From Octopus vulgaris (taxonomy: Eukaryota): a stretch of DNA of 64,000 nt. The stretch covers positions 806,001 to 870,000 of the forward strand of contig OX597838.1 in NCBI GenBank assembly GCA_951406725.2. The letters run 5' to 3'. The notes beneath the pieces were generated by a model. The model was not told the DNA's origin. It worked only from the letters and a program-made list of their open reading frames with translations, and ran no database searches. A program made the translations under genes and the position numbers. Shown in pieces: positions 30,381 through 44,020 of the stretch; position 1 is the stretch's first letter; each line of letters starts with the position of its first letter.

Positions 30381-31116
30381 CAGGGTGCGTAAGATATTTG
30401 AGGACTGATTTATGTTTATAAAAAAAACATATATAATAACAGATAATAACTTTATTTATCAAAAAATGTTATGAGGATAAAAAATAAACCTTCTATTCTA
30501 TAATGTCATTCAATAAAACCACCTTCAGCTTAACAACTGCTTCTATATGAGATCTAAATCCTCTACATGCTCGAATCAAGTAGTCCTGGTTAATTTTGGA
30601 CATTACTCTGACGGGGGCAGCTTTCAGAGAATCTTTTGCTTTTCCTAACAAACTGACCTTTCCTCATCATATAACACTTATATCTGATGTCTTCTTGGAC
30701 AACATTTCTGACTGTTCCTTCTGACACATGGTGATCTTTTGCAATTGACCTCATGGAATTTCTGGGATTCTAATCAATGGTCTGTTGAACTTGTTGGATA
30801 AATTCAGTTGTTCTGATGACGTCAGAGCGTTTAGAAAATGCTTTTTATGCTTTGATACTGGTGATACATTTCCATCTTCAGTCTCTAACTCCTTACACAT
30901 TTTGTAGACGAAAGATCTGGCAACTTTTAAAAATCGAAATATTTTTAAATCACTATACTCAACCTTTATAACCACAATAACAACATGACTCTTCTTTTCT
31001 TGAGTAAGATGAGGGTCTGCCATTATTATTTTCTGAAACAAAGATTCTAGAGAGTTAGCAAAAAAATGTATCATTGACCCCAAAAAGGTATGTCCTCAAA
31101 TACCTTACGCACCCTA
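30381..31116 (-). mobile_element. Internally deleted Tc1/mariner element, maT (DD37D)-like
   Basis: TIRs CAGGGTGCGTAAGATATTTGAGGAC / GTCCTCAAATACCTTACGCACCCT, TA on the left. Minus strand encodes an N-terminal HTH-like stretch (MADPHLTQEKK...IFRFLKVARSFVYK) and C-terminus KDSLKAA...DYLIRACRGFRSHIEAVV/AEGGFIE*. Catalytic domain deleted. Confidence 0.8.
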
Positions 31117-31193
31117 CATGTATCTGTGTGTGTGTGTGTGTATGTATATATGTATAAAAGTATAAAATCACTATATAAGCTGCGGATATACAT

Positions 31194-31267
<74 letters not shown>

Positions 31268-31407
31268 AGGGCCAGCGTGATCATATTCTGTGTCATGCTG
31301 AATTCGAACTCACAACAACAAGTGACGTCACACAACATTTCAAGGCACTATCGACTCTACCAATTTGGCGACTCAGACGATTATTATTATTATCGCTGTT
31401 AGATAAT

Positions 31408-31616
31408 AAGGTGGTGAGCTGACAGAATCGTTTCCACGCCGCGAAGCATGCTTAAGGGCATTTTTGTCCGTCCTTGCGTCCTAAGTTCAAATTCCACCGA
31501 CGTCGACTTTCTTCCTTCAGGGGTCGATAAAATAAATACCAGTTGAACACTGGGGTAGATGTAATCGACTCATCACCTCCCCCAAAATTGCTGCCATTGC
31601 GGCAAAATTTGAAACC
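31408..31616 (+). mobile_element. SINE family A (only near-complete plus-strand copy)
   Basis: GGTGAGCTGACAGAATCG...AAGTTCAAATTCC...GGGGTCGATAAAATAAATACCAG...AAATTTGAAACC followed by an (ATT)n tail. Confidence 0.88.
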
Positions 31617-32267
31617 ATTATTATTATTATTATTATTATTATTATCATCATCATCATCATCATCGTCATCTACTTGACTTATTATTATATACTTGATACA
31701 TGGAGAGGAGGTGGTAGATTGTTTGGGATTTTCCCTTTCGTAGGTACCCCAGGTTCATTTTCCTAACTACCAAGGTCAGAGAACAGTTGTGGTGATCGAT
31801 GGCCCAGTCATGACAACCCCCTCCCTCTACCATGGAGTATCTAGGACTACATTGTCTTCTGTGTCCTTTCCGTCTTTAAACCAGTCGATTATGATCCAAG
31901 CAAGATTTGATTGTTATTTCTAATGAGACGAGTAGCCACATGGAGGTACCCTCGTTAACTTCATTCAATCCATTTTTTCTGAGGTAGAGGCCATCTGTTT
32001 TAGAAAGTTTTCATTACCATTTGTAGTATTATAACAATTGTAATTAATTCTTAATGATATAATTATAATAATTACAGATTTTATGAGAGATGTTTAATTA
32101 CATTAATTGGCTCCAGTAGTTGATTGGTATTTTAATTTATTGACACTGGGGCAATAATAGGTATTTTGCTGACTTGGGCAGAATTTGAACTCAAAACGTC
32201 ATAGCCTGCTCCTCGGTGCTCTACTGGTCCTGTTATGTGTTTGGTGTAAAAAGTGGATACTTTTCTA

Positions 32268-32460
32268 TCAAGCACAGGAATAATATGACATATCATAGAA
32301 AGAATGAGAGTAGTCTCGATAATATCGACCCCAGTAAATAACTGGTATTTGATTTCTATCGAGCACAGAAGAATGAACGATAAAGTCGACATCGCTGAGA
32401 TTTGAACCCAGAACGTAAAGAGATAAATATTGCGATTGACCAGCGACTGACTGCTTCTCC
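32268..32460 (-). mobile_element. SINE family A, diverged
   Basis: atcgaccccagtaaataactggtatttgatttctatcga...aaagtcgacatcgctgagatttgaacccagaacg. Confidence 0.75.
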
Positions 32461-32764
32461 CACCCTCTCATTTGATGGAAATTAACTCTAAATATCAGTG
32501 ATATCCTGGGGTGTGCTCAACTATAAGTACCAGTGATGTACTGGGGTACAGTCAGTCAACTGTTGTACTAGTAATATAGTGTGGCCAACTTTACTACATC
32601 CCACCCCAGGACTGCATTTCACCACCACTAAACAACCATCATTATACCACCACCACCACCACCACCACCACCACTACCAACGACGACAACAAACCCCCTC
32701 TGCATTATAGCATCACCGCCATTCTTTTCCCCGTCCTAACATTCGAATAAGTATTAAAATGTGA

Positions 32765-32919
32765 GGCGTGACTGTGTGGTAAGAAGCTTGCTTCCCAACC
32801 GCATGGTTCTGGGCTCAGTCCCACTGCGTAGCACCTTGGGCAAGTGTCTCCTGCTATAGTCTCGGGCCGACCAAAGCCTTGTCAGTGGATTAGGTAGATG
32901 GAAACTAAAAGTAACCCGT

Positions 32920-33006
<87 letters not shown>

Positions 33007-33164
33007 TTTTATGTATGTCCCCCGCCATCGCTTGACCGACAGAATAAGTCCTGGGCATGAAAGAAATAAGTCCTGGGACTGATTCATTCGACTAATAAAT
33101 TCTTCAAGGCATTGCTCCAGCATGGCCGCAGTCTAATGACTGGGACAAGTAAAAGATAAAAAGA
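32765..33164 (+). mobile_element. SINE family B with internal (TA)n(TG)n
   Basis: 5' half, microsatellite, then shortened 3' half ending GCTCCAGCATGGCCGCAGTCTAATGACTG...TAAAAGATAAAAGA. Confidence 0.88.
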
Positions 33165-34079
33165 TATATATATATATAATCATAGTACTATGATATATCA
33201 TAAAGTCCCGCAAGATGTATCTCAGTTTCTCTGACAAGTCGTAGGGAGACCCAAGCCAGTGTCCCCTATCCTATATCTCATCATCTCACTTCTATCAAAC
33301 TTCCTCCTCCCCCTCCCCAGTTAATATGTCCCCTTCCGATACTCCAGCCATCACGTGCTGATAACGCTCGCCACTGTTTAATTAGTGAGTAATTATCAGC
33401 ATTTTTATTAATTGTGGATTGTTTTGTTATTATTTCACAAAAAGTTAATTTTTTCATCAAACATAGGCTATTAAATTTGGGGACAAGTCTTTGTCAACGG
33501 AGGGGGGGGACGTAGGGGAGGGGCGAGGGGGGCTATTTATGGCTTTTACAAAAACTGAAATCAATTACACGAAAAACGAAATGCAATTGGCATCTTTTCA
33601 AACACATCTAGTTACATAGCATCTCATTTCGGCGGTGGTGGTGGTAGTGGTGGTGGTGGCGGTGGTGGTGGTGGTGGTGGTGGTGGTGCATGTGGTTGTG
33701 GTGGTGCATGTGGTTGTGGTGGTGGTGGTGGTGCTGGTGATGGTGGTGGTGGTGGTGGTGTTCAGCCCAAGATCAACAGCCTCTCACAAATTATCAATTG
33801 TTACATTGTGACTCACAGATCCAACATCCCTTGTATCCCTCCTTCTCCTCTCCCTCCACCTCCCTCCCTCTTCAACGTGTCCCACCATGATTTGATCCCT
33901 GTGATTGGCGAGCGGTTAAAGGGAGAATTCTCAAGATATGGAATTAATCTCAGAATGGGATCTTGCTGAAAATCCTTGAAACAGAATGAACTGAGAGACC
34001 GAATCACTCGAGAGGGAAAGTGTTAAGCTGGGTGACAACGGGGTGGATTTCGTTGAAAAGATACCCACCCTAAAGATAT

Positions 34080-34380
34080 TGTTAAACTGGAGGGTGGGGT
34101 GCATGGCCTTCCTATTCGGTGGGAGAATCAATATGGCCCTTGATTCGGTTGCTCTTATAGATGTTCCTGAAACGCAGCTTGGGTCTTCTGCTTCTTGCCC
34201 CCTGATGAAAGTTCTCGAAGCGCACTTGCTCAGGGATTCTGTCGTCTCCCATATTTTTAAAGTGACCATCACCATCGACACTTATAAATGATTGTCATAA
34301 ATTTTGGCTCATGCTCTAACTGCAACATTTCTGTGTTGGTAATTTCATCTAACCACGAGATGGTTAGAATCTTAGGGTGG
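34080..34380 (-). mobile_element. Old RTE-clade LINE fragment
   Basis: Minus strand ISWLDEITNTEML...HFKNMGDDRIPEQVRFENFHQGARSRRPKLRFRNIYK, a decayed version of the RTE motif at 27.5 kb. Confidence 0.7.
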
Positions 34381-34539
34381 CACCGTAAATGGTAAAAATT
34401 ATACTTTTTCAGAAGTTTTGATAAAGTAGTCTAGAATCAACGATAAAATAATGTGCTATGGTCACGTGATCCATAAAACTCGATCTTTAATATTTGTAGT
34501 GAGTGCTTCGAAACCCTTTTAACAAGTTTTCCAAATGCT

Positions 34540-34746
34540 GACTCTAAATTTAGGCAAGGCCAGCAATTTCGGGGAAAGGGATAAGTCGATTTACATCGAA
34601 CCCCAGTACTCAACTGGTACTTATTTCACCGAAAGAACGAAAGCTAAAGTCGACCCCGGCTGCAATTTGAACTCAGACATAAAGACGGAAGAAATGCCGC
34701 TAAGCATTTTTCCCGGCACCGTAACGATTCTGCCAGTTGGCGCCTT
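34540..34746 (-). mobile_element. SINE family A
   Basis: aaagtcgaccccggctgcaatttgaactcagac...taacgattctgccagttggcgcc. Confidence 0.85.
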
Positions 34747-35439
34747 CTGGATTTCTAATATTGTGTTTACCAATTCCAATATTGATTTCCTTATCTAAAT
34801 ATACGAATGATGTCAGAAGAGAGTCTGAAGTATCAGAAGTACGGTAGAGTTCAGCCCCAGAAGATCTCAACGGAAGAATAAGCGATAGAATAAGTGGCTT
34901 CTTTGCTTTGGGTCTTTATGGAATCTTGTTGATCATTTCTTGCAGAGTCGACTCTTTGACAACAACCAAAGCCGTTTAGTCAGAGAAGAACGGATCCCGA
35001 AAAGCGGACGTTTATTATTTATTGTATGTTTTTCTTGTTTGTTTCTTTTTTTAAATAGAGATCCATCTGTTGTTCAGTAGTGGAGGCCACCGACAAGCGT
35101 TCCCTTGATTGTACATTGCAGTAACACAACAAACTTTATTCCCGACAGATTTAGAGTGAATGCACAACTCTGCTTCACTACACTTTTCATATCTTAACTG
35201 TCTAATGGTAGAACCATTAGCCTTGCACACCCTTCATATCCTTTACGAAAGCAAGCAACGAATGTCAGCCGCGTTGGACGACATCCCTCTTTATGCGACG
35301 CTGCACTGAATGTCTTCCTTTGATCACTGCGGAAGACGTTCCTTTTATTTTAAGAAGACAAGATGAAGCCGTTTCCGCTTTACACGGCATTTTTCTTTAA
35401 AATGATGCAATGAGAACATACAGGTATCCATTTATTGCG

Positions 35440-35482
<43 letters not shown>

Positions 35483-35555
35483 GTAGATGTTTATTCAAAC
35501 ATCTATTTTTCAACATGTAAGGAAGGAAGTTTTCTATCTTCCTCTTTCTCTCTCT

Positions 35556-35655
<100 letters not shown>

Positions 35656-35830
35656 ATGTTTGTATGTATGTATGAATGTATGTATGTATACACGCATATA
35701 TGTATGTATGCGTGTATGTATGTATGTGTGTATGTATATATATGTATGTATGTATGTATGCATGTATGTATGTATGTATGTATATATGTATGTATGTATG
35801 TATACATGCGTGCATATAGATAGATAACAG

Positions 35831-35861
<31 letters not shown>

Positions 35862-36680
35862 GTGTATATTGATTACTTAATTTTTATATTCGTTCCTTCA
35901 TTAGAGAGTAACGAAGTGACTGATAGATGGAGAGAGAGAGGGAGAGAGAGAGAAAGAGGAGAGAGAGAGAGGGAATGATTGATAAAGAAAGTGGGAGGGG
36001 GATTAACTTTGAGAGAAACAAAGTAGAAGTTAGAGATAAAAAAAGAAACAAAGGAAAGAAGGGGAGGCAGAGGGTGAGGGCGGAGGGAATAATGAAGAAT
36101 GAGGTTTTTATAGAGAAGAAGAGAGGAAGAGAGAGGAGATAGAACTAGTATGTGAGGGGGAGTGGGGGAAAGTAAATTAGAAAGCTAATGGAAGAGAGAG
36201 AGAGGGAGAGAGGGGGGGATTGCGGGGAAAATGGCGGTTTTGTGAAAACAAAATATATTGTTTATAGGAGTTTACAATATAAACAGATAGACGCATATAC
36301 ATACATATATATGTGTATTTATGTATATATGTATGTACGTATGTATACACATACCTGTATGCTTATATATATATAAATTATATACATACATATACACATA
36401 CATTTATACATATGTGTATATACACACTATAAATACTGAGAGATAAGTATCACACAAACGCACCCATGATCTTATGCGTACAAACATACATACATGCTCA
36501 CACACACACACAATTAAGCAAGCACATACATTCATATACACACGTAATGATGAATCCCATACACACATACACACACATACACACACGCATAAACACATAC
36601 ACACACACACACACATACACACTACACGCAAATCAAATAGCAGACGACAGTAAATTTATGGGCTTTCAATTAGTGTGAAC

Positions 36681-36754
36681 TGCGCATGCGTTTATAGTTT
36701 TCAGTGACGCTTTACAATGGGGGCGTGGCTAATAGTTTTGTCTCCGCCCAATCA
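36681..36754. promoter_or_regulatory. Promoter-type motif cluster (NRF1, half-CRE, two GC boxes, CCAAT)
   Basis: TGCGCATGCG 36681-36690, TGACGC 36705-36710, GGGGGCGTGGC 36719-36729, CTCCGCCC 36742-36749, CCAATCA 36748-36754 in a unique island between microsatellites. Confidence 0.4.
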
Positions 36755-36932
36755 ATTGTTAGCAATATCGACTTCTAACAACTGAATGAGTGCAGAGTCT
36801 AACCGCTCTCTCTCTCTTTCTCACTCTTTCTCTCTCTGTCTCTCTCTCTGTCTCTCTCTGTCTCTCACTCTCACACACACACACAAACTCTCTCTCTCCC
36901 TCCCTCCTCTCTCTCTCTCTCTCTCTCTCACG

Positions 36933-36977
<45 letters not shown>

Positions 36978-36978
<1 letters not shown>

Positions 36979-37190
36979 TTTATCTTTCACTTCTTTCAGT
37001 CATTTGACTGCGGCCATGCTGGGGCACTGCATTATGATGCTTAGTCAAACAAATCAACCGCAGTATTTATTTTACTTATTCTATCGGGTACTTATGCCGA
37101 ACCGCTACGTTACTGGAATGTAAACCAGCCAACACCGGTTATCAAGTGGTGGTGGTGATGTCTGTGTGTGGGGAACTAACACAACACAAA
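36978..37190 (-). mobile_element. SINE family B, 3' half
   Basis: cagtcatttgactgcggccatgctgg...gccgaaccgcta...aacaccggttatcaag. Confidence 0.8.
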
Positions 37191-37238
37191 AACGCACAAA
37201 CATGAATGTATGCATACATTAACATACAAAACATAATT

Positions 37239-37319
<81 letters not shown>

Positions 37320-37807
37320 CTTCTATCTGTGTCTCTCTCCCTTCCTCTCTCTCTCTCTCACCCTCTCTCTCTCTCTTCCTCTGTCTCACCTAATTCCTTA
37401 ATGAACTTGAAACACAGACATTTAATCACAAATAGAGGACGGATGGGGACGGTCTATGATCAATGAATTTCCCTCAGTATATCACTGGTACATGTGTCAC
37501 TGCTCTTTGGATCGGGCGAAGCAAAGATGAACGCCAACAGGATCCAATCTGACAATGGAGGAGGCTGCAATTCCTTCTCTTCCTGCCTCCATCTCTTGAT
37601 ATCACGGTATTATACACACTAACGTATATGTGTGTGCATGTGTAGGTGTGTGTGTGTGTGTGTGCGTGTGTGAGTGTGTGTGTGTGAGTGTATAATTATG
37701 CACAACACAGCGTAAATCAAAATAACTAAATTTAAATATAACAAAGCCTTACTGTGTAGTAAATAACAATGTAAACCCGTTCTTTTCTATATTGCTGGCT
37801 TTCGGGG

Positions 37808-38150
37808 AAAGCTGACGGGAAAAATCTACAAGCTCGGGAGATGGTTTTGGCGAATCGATCAGTGACCATCGATGAGGCAGCATGCTCTTTGCAAATTAGT
37901 CGTAGTTCTGCGTACGAAATCATCCACCAGATGGACGAGATGGTTGTCAAGGGAGCTTACCGGACCGCATAAGCGCAGTCGTGTAAAGATCTGTCATCTC
38001 TTACTCCACCGCTGCAACAATGAAAGGGAAGATTTTTGGTGGAGGATATGAGACCTGGATCCATGACTTTGAGACAGAAACTGAAAGAGAGAATATAGAG
38101 TGGAAACACCAGGAATTGCGATAAAGAAATTGAAGACTCAACCTTTCCTA
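37808..38150 (+). pseudogene. mariner transposase fragment (HTH to first D region), decayed
   Basis: QAREMVLANRSVTIDEAACSLQISRSSAYEIIH / RWLSRELTGPHKRSRVKIC / GYETWIHDFETETERENIEWKH / KKLKTQP across frameshifts; resembles mariner WVPRELT and TGDETW motifs. Confidence 0.8.
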
Positions 38151-38789
38151 AGACAATCCAGACACTTTCTTCTTTGGCCCTCATCAACTTTTTCAAGTTT
38201 CACCTGAAAAGGAAAGTGAGGGGAGAGAGGGAAGTGCTGCCTCCCAGCGATTTTGTTAAACGTGAGTGAATGCAGCGTGAGTGGCTCGAGTGGCCCTACT
38301 TTTGCATGCGTCTCTAGATCGAAGGTAGATGAAGAGAGAGGGCACTTACCCTAAAAGTCAGGGCGATCATAGTTTTTATGTGGTTTCCACTAGGAAGTCC
38401 CCCGCTCTCTGAAATTGCTGGTCTTATACGAAAATTTCAAAACATTTTTACTATTTAACACTTCATGTTTTTCTACCCCGGTTGTCAAAGTTTAAAACAC
38501 AAGTTTCGAGAGACTGCCAGATATATTACAGTTCATCGCTGCCACCCAGGATCCCAAACAGAAGAGATGGGATGGAGTTGGTCAGTATGGGTAAGAGTAT
38601 TACCTGAGGTGGACGCTTCTGGTTTTGATTATTTCTTGTCCTTTGCAGTCTGACCAATTAATAAGTGAGGGCCAGGCTTGTAGAGTAGGATATGAGTGAA
38701 GGGCTACGACGGTGAGGGTGCGGAATATGAGGGCCGAGCTGTTAGGCATTTCATCCGATGCGCTAACGATTCTGCCAGTCTGCCGCATT

Positions 38790-39001
38790 TGGGTTCATAT
38801 TTTGGCAAAAGTCAGCCGTTTTAAGGGAGAAAAATGATAACAGTGACCCCAATATTCAACTAGTGCTTGTTTTATCGACCCCAAAGGGATGAAGGGAAAA
38901 GTTGACCTTGGCGGAATTTGAACTCAGAACGCAAAAACGGGCGATATGCAGCTATGCAATTTGACTGGCGGGGTAACAATTCTGCCAACTCGCCGCCGCC
39001 T
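38790..39001 (-). mobile_element. SINE family A
   Basis: tttatcgaccccaaagggatgaaggg...ggcggaatttgaactcagaacgc...attctgccaactcgccgcc. Confidence 0.85.
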
Positions 39002-40030
39002 TTGTTGGAAGGTGAAGAGAATGGTAACAACAACAACAACGATTCAATGAGGCAGCGACAGTGTGGTCAATCGGCCTGCTAAAAATAGCAGTTAAAGGCT
39101 CCCTCAAATCTGATTTCACCACCTTAGAAAAGGGAACCCACAAAAGATAAAGTAGTTCTAAATTCTCCTAAAATAATGGCATGAGGGTCGCGCATGGAAT
39201 GTCTTTCGTTATAGATTCTGTTGGATGAAGGTTAACACAACAACAAAAACAATAGCAACAACAATTGCAGCCTGAGATTCCATGGTATAGAAGTATAGAA
39301 AGGTGGATAGTGGGGAGGCGGTCATGCATTTCCGAAACATCTTTGTGCAAAGGAAGTAGAGACCCCGTACGAAGAATTTAACTCTTAATTATTCCTTTAA
39401 TTATTTAATTAGTCAATATAATTGTAAAAATTATTTACCAGGAGACTTGTCTATAGACAGCAGTGTGATGTGAACTCGTGGACTGTGTGTTCACAGTCAT
39501 TGTATAAACATAGAACAAAAAAAAAAGCACCCGCTCGTAGCTTCATTTCTATGAACAGTGACACAATATCGACCACATCCTGATACGGAGATCACACACA
39601 CACTCACACACGCACTGACACACACACGCACTGACACACACACGCACGCACGCACGCACGCACGCACTCACACATCCATATGAACCGACACGTATTCAAG
39701 CGCCAGCATGCAAGTGTACATGAGCATGTATATGTGAATGTGTGTGTGTGTGCGTGTGTGTGCGTTTGTGTGCGTGTGCTTGTGCGCGCGTGTGTGTACG
39801 TATGTATGTGTATTTGCTTGCAGCAAGCTGGATGTAACTTGCTTCTTTGAAAGTTTATAGAACCTTATTGCTTAAACACAACACATACACACACACGCAC
39901 ACATACACACACACGCACACTCCCACATACATCCACACGCACACATACGAACACAGAAATACACGCAAACACCTACTTATATAGAACATACAAGAGAAGT
40001 GAGGTGAGAGAGCAGATGCTTATTCCATTC

Positions 40031-40088
40031 GTTTACAGCTGTTTCGCAATCTTATTTGTTATATGATAGACATTACATCAACAGTAAC
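40031..40088 (-). ncRNA. Degenerate minimal hammerhead motif (Penelope-like remnant)
   Basis: Minus strand GTT-A-CTGTTGA-T-GTAAT...ATTGC-GAAAC-AGCT-GT-A-AAC; one core substitution. Confidence 0.45.
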
Positions 40089-40196
40089 ACAAATATAAAC
40101 TATACAGAGTCCATGTTTTCAACTACCATGAATCCTTCTGGGGATTTGTCTGGTAACAACCTTTTCATCACCCTTGTACATATGTGTGTGCACACG

Positions 40197-40255
<59 letters not shown>

Positions 40256-40416
40256 GTGTATGTATATGTATATATATGTATATCTCAAGTCATATATATA
40301 TATACATATGTGTATATATATGTGTGTTTGTGTGTGTAAATATATATATACATATATATAAATGTATGTATATATATATAAATATATGTAAGTATATATA
40401 TGTATATATATGTATG

Positions 40417-40500
<84 letters not shown>

Positions 40501-40530
40501 TTCTGCTTACACCTTTCAGTCTGTATTGTA

Positions 40531-41240
40531 TCAGGTCATCCCATAAGTTCTGTCCGAATTTTGAAAAAAGAAAACAAGTGATCAAATGTTATATTTAATT
40601 GAAATTTAATCATCAATGTACTTTCCCTGATTATCTACGACTTCCTTCCATCTATTTACAAGCTTTTTAATCCCATCAATGTAAAACTCTTTTGGTTTCA
40701 AAGCGAAGAACTCTGAAATGACAGTTTCGACCTCTTCCTGGCTTACGGAAGTTATGTCCCCCAAGTGATGTTGTAAACTACGAACCAAATGGTATTCTGA
40801 AGGAGCAAGGTCGGGAGAATAGGGTGGATGAGGAATTTTTACCCAACCAAGCTCTTCGATCTTCTGTGTTGTGATCTTTGCCGTGTGGGGTTACGCATTG
40901 TCCTGATGAAACATCACTCCTTTTCGATTTACCAAAGCGGATCTTTTTTTCTTCAAAGCTTGGTTCAAATGCTTTAATTGCTGACAGTAGACTTGAGCAT
41001 TGATTGTTGCATTAGGTGGTAACAATTCAAAATGAATTACTCCTTTGCAATCCCACCAGATAGAGAGAAGAACCTTTTTTCCTTGAAGTTCCATTCTCGG
41101 TTGTGGTTGAGCTTTTTCCCTTTTACCAAGCCACTGTTTATGACGTTTAACATTTCGATGGAAGATCTATTCTTCATCAGCAGTCAGAAGTCTATCCAAA
41201 AAGGGTGAAATGTTACATTGTTTCTTCTCTCTGTGGACAT
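40531..41240 (-). mobile_element. mariner transposon 3' half (catalytic domain + right TIR), pseudogenised
   Basis: PFLDRLLTADEE*IF...GKKVLLSIWWDCKGVIHFELL...HQDNA*PH...HPPYSPDLAPSEYHL...GIKKLVNRWKEVVDNQGKYIDD*. TIR TCAGGTCATCCCATAAGTTCTGTCCGAATTT preceded by TA at 40529-40530. Confidence 0.93.
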
Positions 41241-41586
41241 GTAGCATAACCCCAAATAATTCATATTCTTAGCAAACAATATCTGGCAAGGACTAATTAT
41301 GATGCAGCTTGGCAGAGAAACGAAGGAAAAATTTGTCCTCACATGAAACGGCAATGAACTGCGAAAACTGTCTTTTTCTTCGGTTTTCAAAGATAAAACG
41401 AAGATATTTTTATATTTGTTTCAAGTACCACAGCTCAAGTCTTAAAGTACGCCTTTGAACGCCTTTGAATTTTATTTCACATTTTCTAATACATCGCCAT
41501 GTAATATTCGGCCATTGTTTCTGTTGCATCGCCTTGCATCTCTGTAAGTTTGCATTTAACATCGCCTTATAAGCGTATATATATGC

Positions 41587-41643
<57 letters not shown>

Positions 41644-41807
41644 TATATATATATTGACATATGTGAGTGTGTGTGCTTCTATATATATATACTTACATAT
41701 ATAATGTACATGTATGTATAAATATACATGTTTTATAAAATATGCAACATAGATATGAATATTATATATATGTGTGTGTGTGTGTGTGTGTGAATATATA
41801 TATATAC

Positions 41808-41880
<73 letters not shown>

Positions 41881-42018
41881 TATACATATATACATATATA
41901 TATATTCTATATTATATATATTTTTTGCATATTATATATAAAACCTGACTTTATGAATCATCGCATGTACATCAATAAATTACATCTATCTATATATATA
42001 TATATATGTTTCTGTTTC

Positions 42019-42060
<42 letters not shown>

Positions 42061-42618
42061 CATACATGTACGTATGTATGCATATAAATATGAATATATA
42101 TGGGTGTGTGCGTGGTGGTGATGGTGGTAGTGATGAAGATTGATTGATGATATACAGATGGTGGAGCGGCGAAGGAGGTGGGGAAAGGGAGAGGGAGAGA
42201 GAGAGGGTGAATGAGGGGAGAGGAGGGGGAGGGGGAGAGAGTCTAACTTTCTGATAACATGTTCTGCAGTTAAGTTATTGATATTTCATTATTGTATTAG
42301 AGAGAGGGGGGCGAGAGGGGTAGGGAGAAGATGGGGAAAGAGAGAAAGAGAGAGTACTACAACCATCACTACAACCACTATGGATTCTCCCCTGCGAACA
42401 TCACCACCAGCACCGCCACCACCACCGGTGCAAGCATTAACTCTCCCCCCTCCTGTTTCCTTGTACCCTAGTTTGACCCCTAAAGTCTGTTCTGAAGGAA
42501 TCCCTCCGCTTACAAAATGAATCCCTCAGGATTTCAATGTTGCCTAAATGGACTGTAATGGCTGCCCATTGAAGCTGGCTTTCTGTTGCAGATACATAAG
42601 CACACATACAGACACACA

Positions 42619-42678
<60 letters not shown>

Positions 42679-43051
42679 TACGCGCACACACACACACTCA
42701 TCGCACATTGCATACTCACAGATATGCCCATACAGTAAAGGGACACACACACATACAGACACCACTATAACACACACACACCAATACATATACCTCCACA
42801 ACCACAACATTCACATCAAGACATATTGTCACTCAGCATATAAACCGGCGTATATACATACATTGACACATACAGAAACATGCACACACTCTCACACACA
42901 TATATATATATATCATATATACACCCACTACCACAAACACTCACATATATATGTATTCATGTATTTATGCGTGAATGAATGTATGTATAAATACATACAC
43001 CCACATACTCGTTCACACACTGACACACACATGCATATATACAAACATATG

Positions 43052-43141
<90 letters not shown>

Positions 43142-43394
43142 AATATACATATATATATATACATGTATATATATATATATATATATACACGCCGTTTAAT
43201 ATATATATATATATATATATACATACACACGCCGTTTAATAGTTTTGTTTGCTTACCTAGCTATTAAATGTTATACAACTGAAAACATATATGTGTGTGT
43301 GTTTGTATGTGTACCCAGACACATACATACATACAGACATAGACATATATATATATGTATATATATACAAACATATATATATATATATACATAT

Positions 43395-43426
<32 letters not shown>

Positions 43427-43666
43427 GTACGTACATGCATACATATATACATACATATCTACACACATGCACAGAGTTATTATATTAATGGTGGTGTTCA
43501 AGGAATGTATGTATATATATTACATGTCACGTCCGTAAACAAACGGAAAACTCATCATTCCATTTTACTCTCTCACACACACACGTGCACGCAAGTACGC
43601 ACAAACACACACACACATCCACACGCACGCACATGCAATCTCGATAACACTGAAAAATAGCGTCTC

Positions 43667-43726
<60 letters not shown>

Positions 43727-43747
43727 TTATATACATATTCATATATG

Positions 43748-43790
<43 letters not shown>

Positions 43791-43920
43791 GCATACATAC
43801 ATTCATACATGCATACATGCATACATATACATGCATGAATGTATATGCATATATATATATATGCGCAGATACATACATAGATACATACATATATGCATAC
43901 ATATACACACACATACATAC

Positions 43921-43954
43921 ATTATGGCTGCCCCCTCGTTATCGAGTATGGCCA
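43921..43954 (-). mobile_element. 34-bp extreme 3' end of the RTE family at 26905
   Basis: attatggctgccccctcgttatcgagtatg is identical over 30 bp to 26905-26934; embedded in (TACA)/(CA) repeats. Confidence 0.8.
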
Positions 43955-43988
43955 CACATATACATACATACATATACGCATACATACA

Positions 43989-44020
<32 letters not shown>

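Noticed and set aside
34198-34238. CCCCTGATGAAAGTTCTCGAAG...TCAGGG hammerhead-like string
   Set aside because: No GAAA and no stem II; it is the antisense of RTE coding sequence.
39458-39515. Imperfect hairpin (TGTGAAC/GTTCACA), possible pre-miRNA
   Set aside because: The stem is too short and bulged, and matches no conserved miRNA I recognise.
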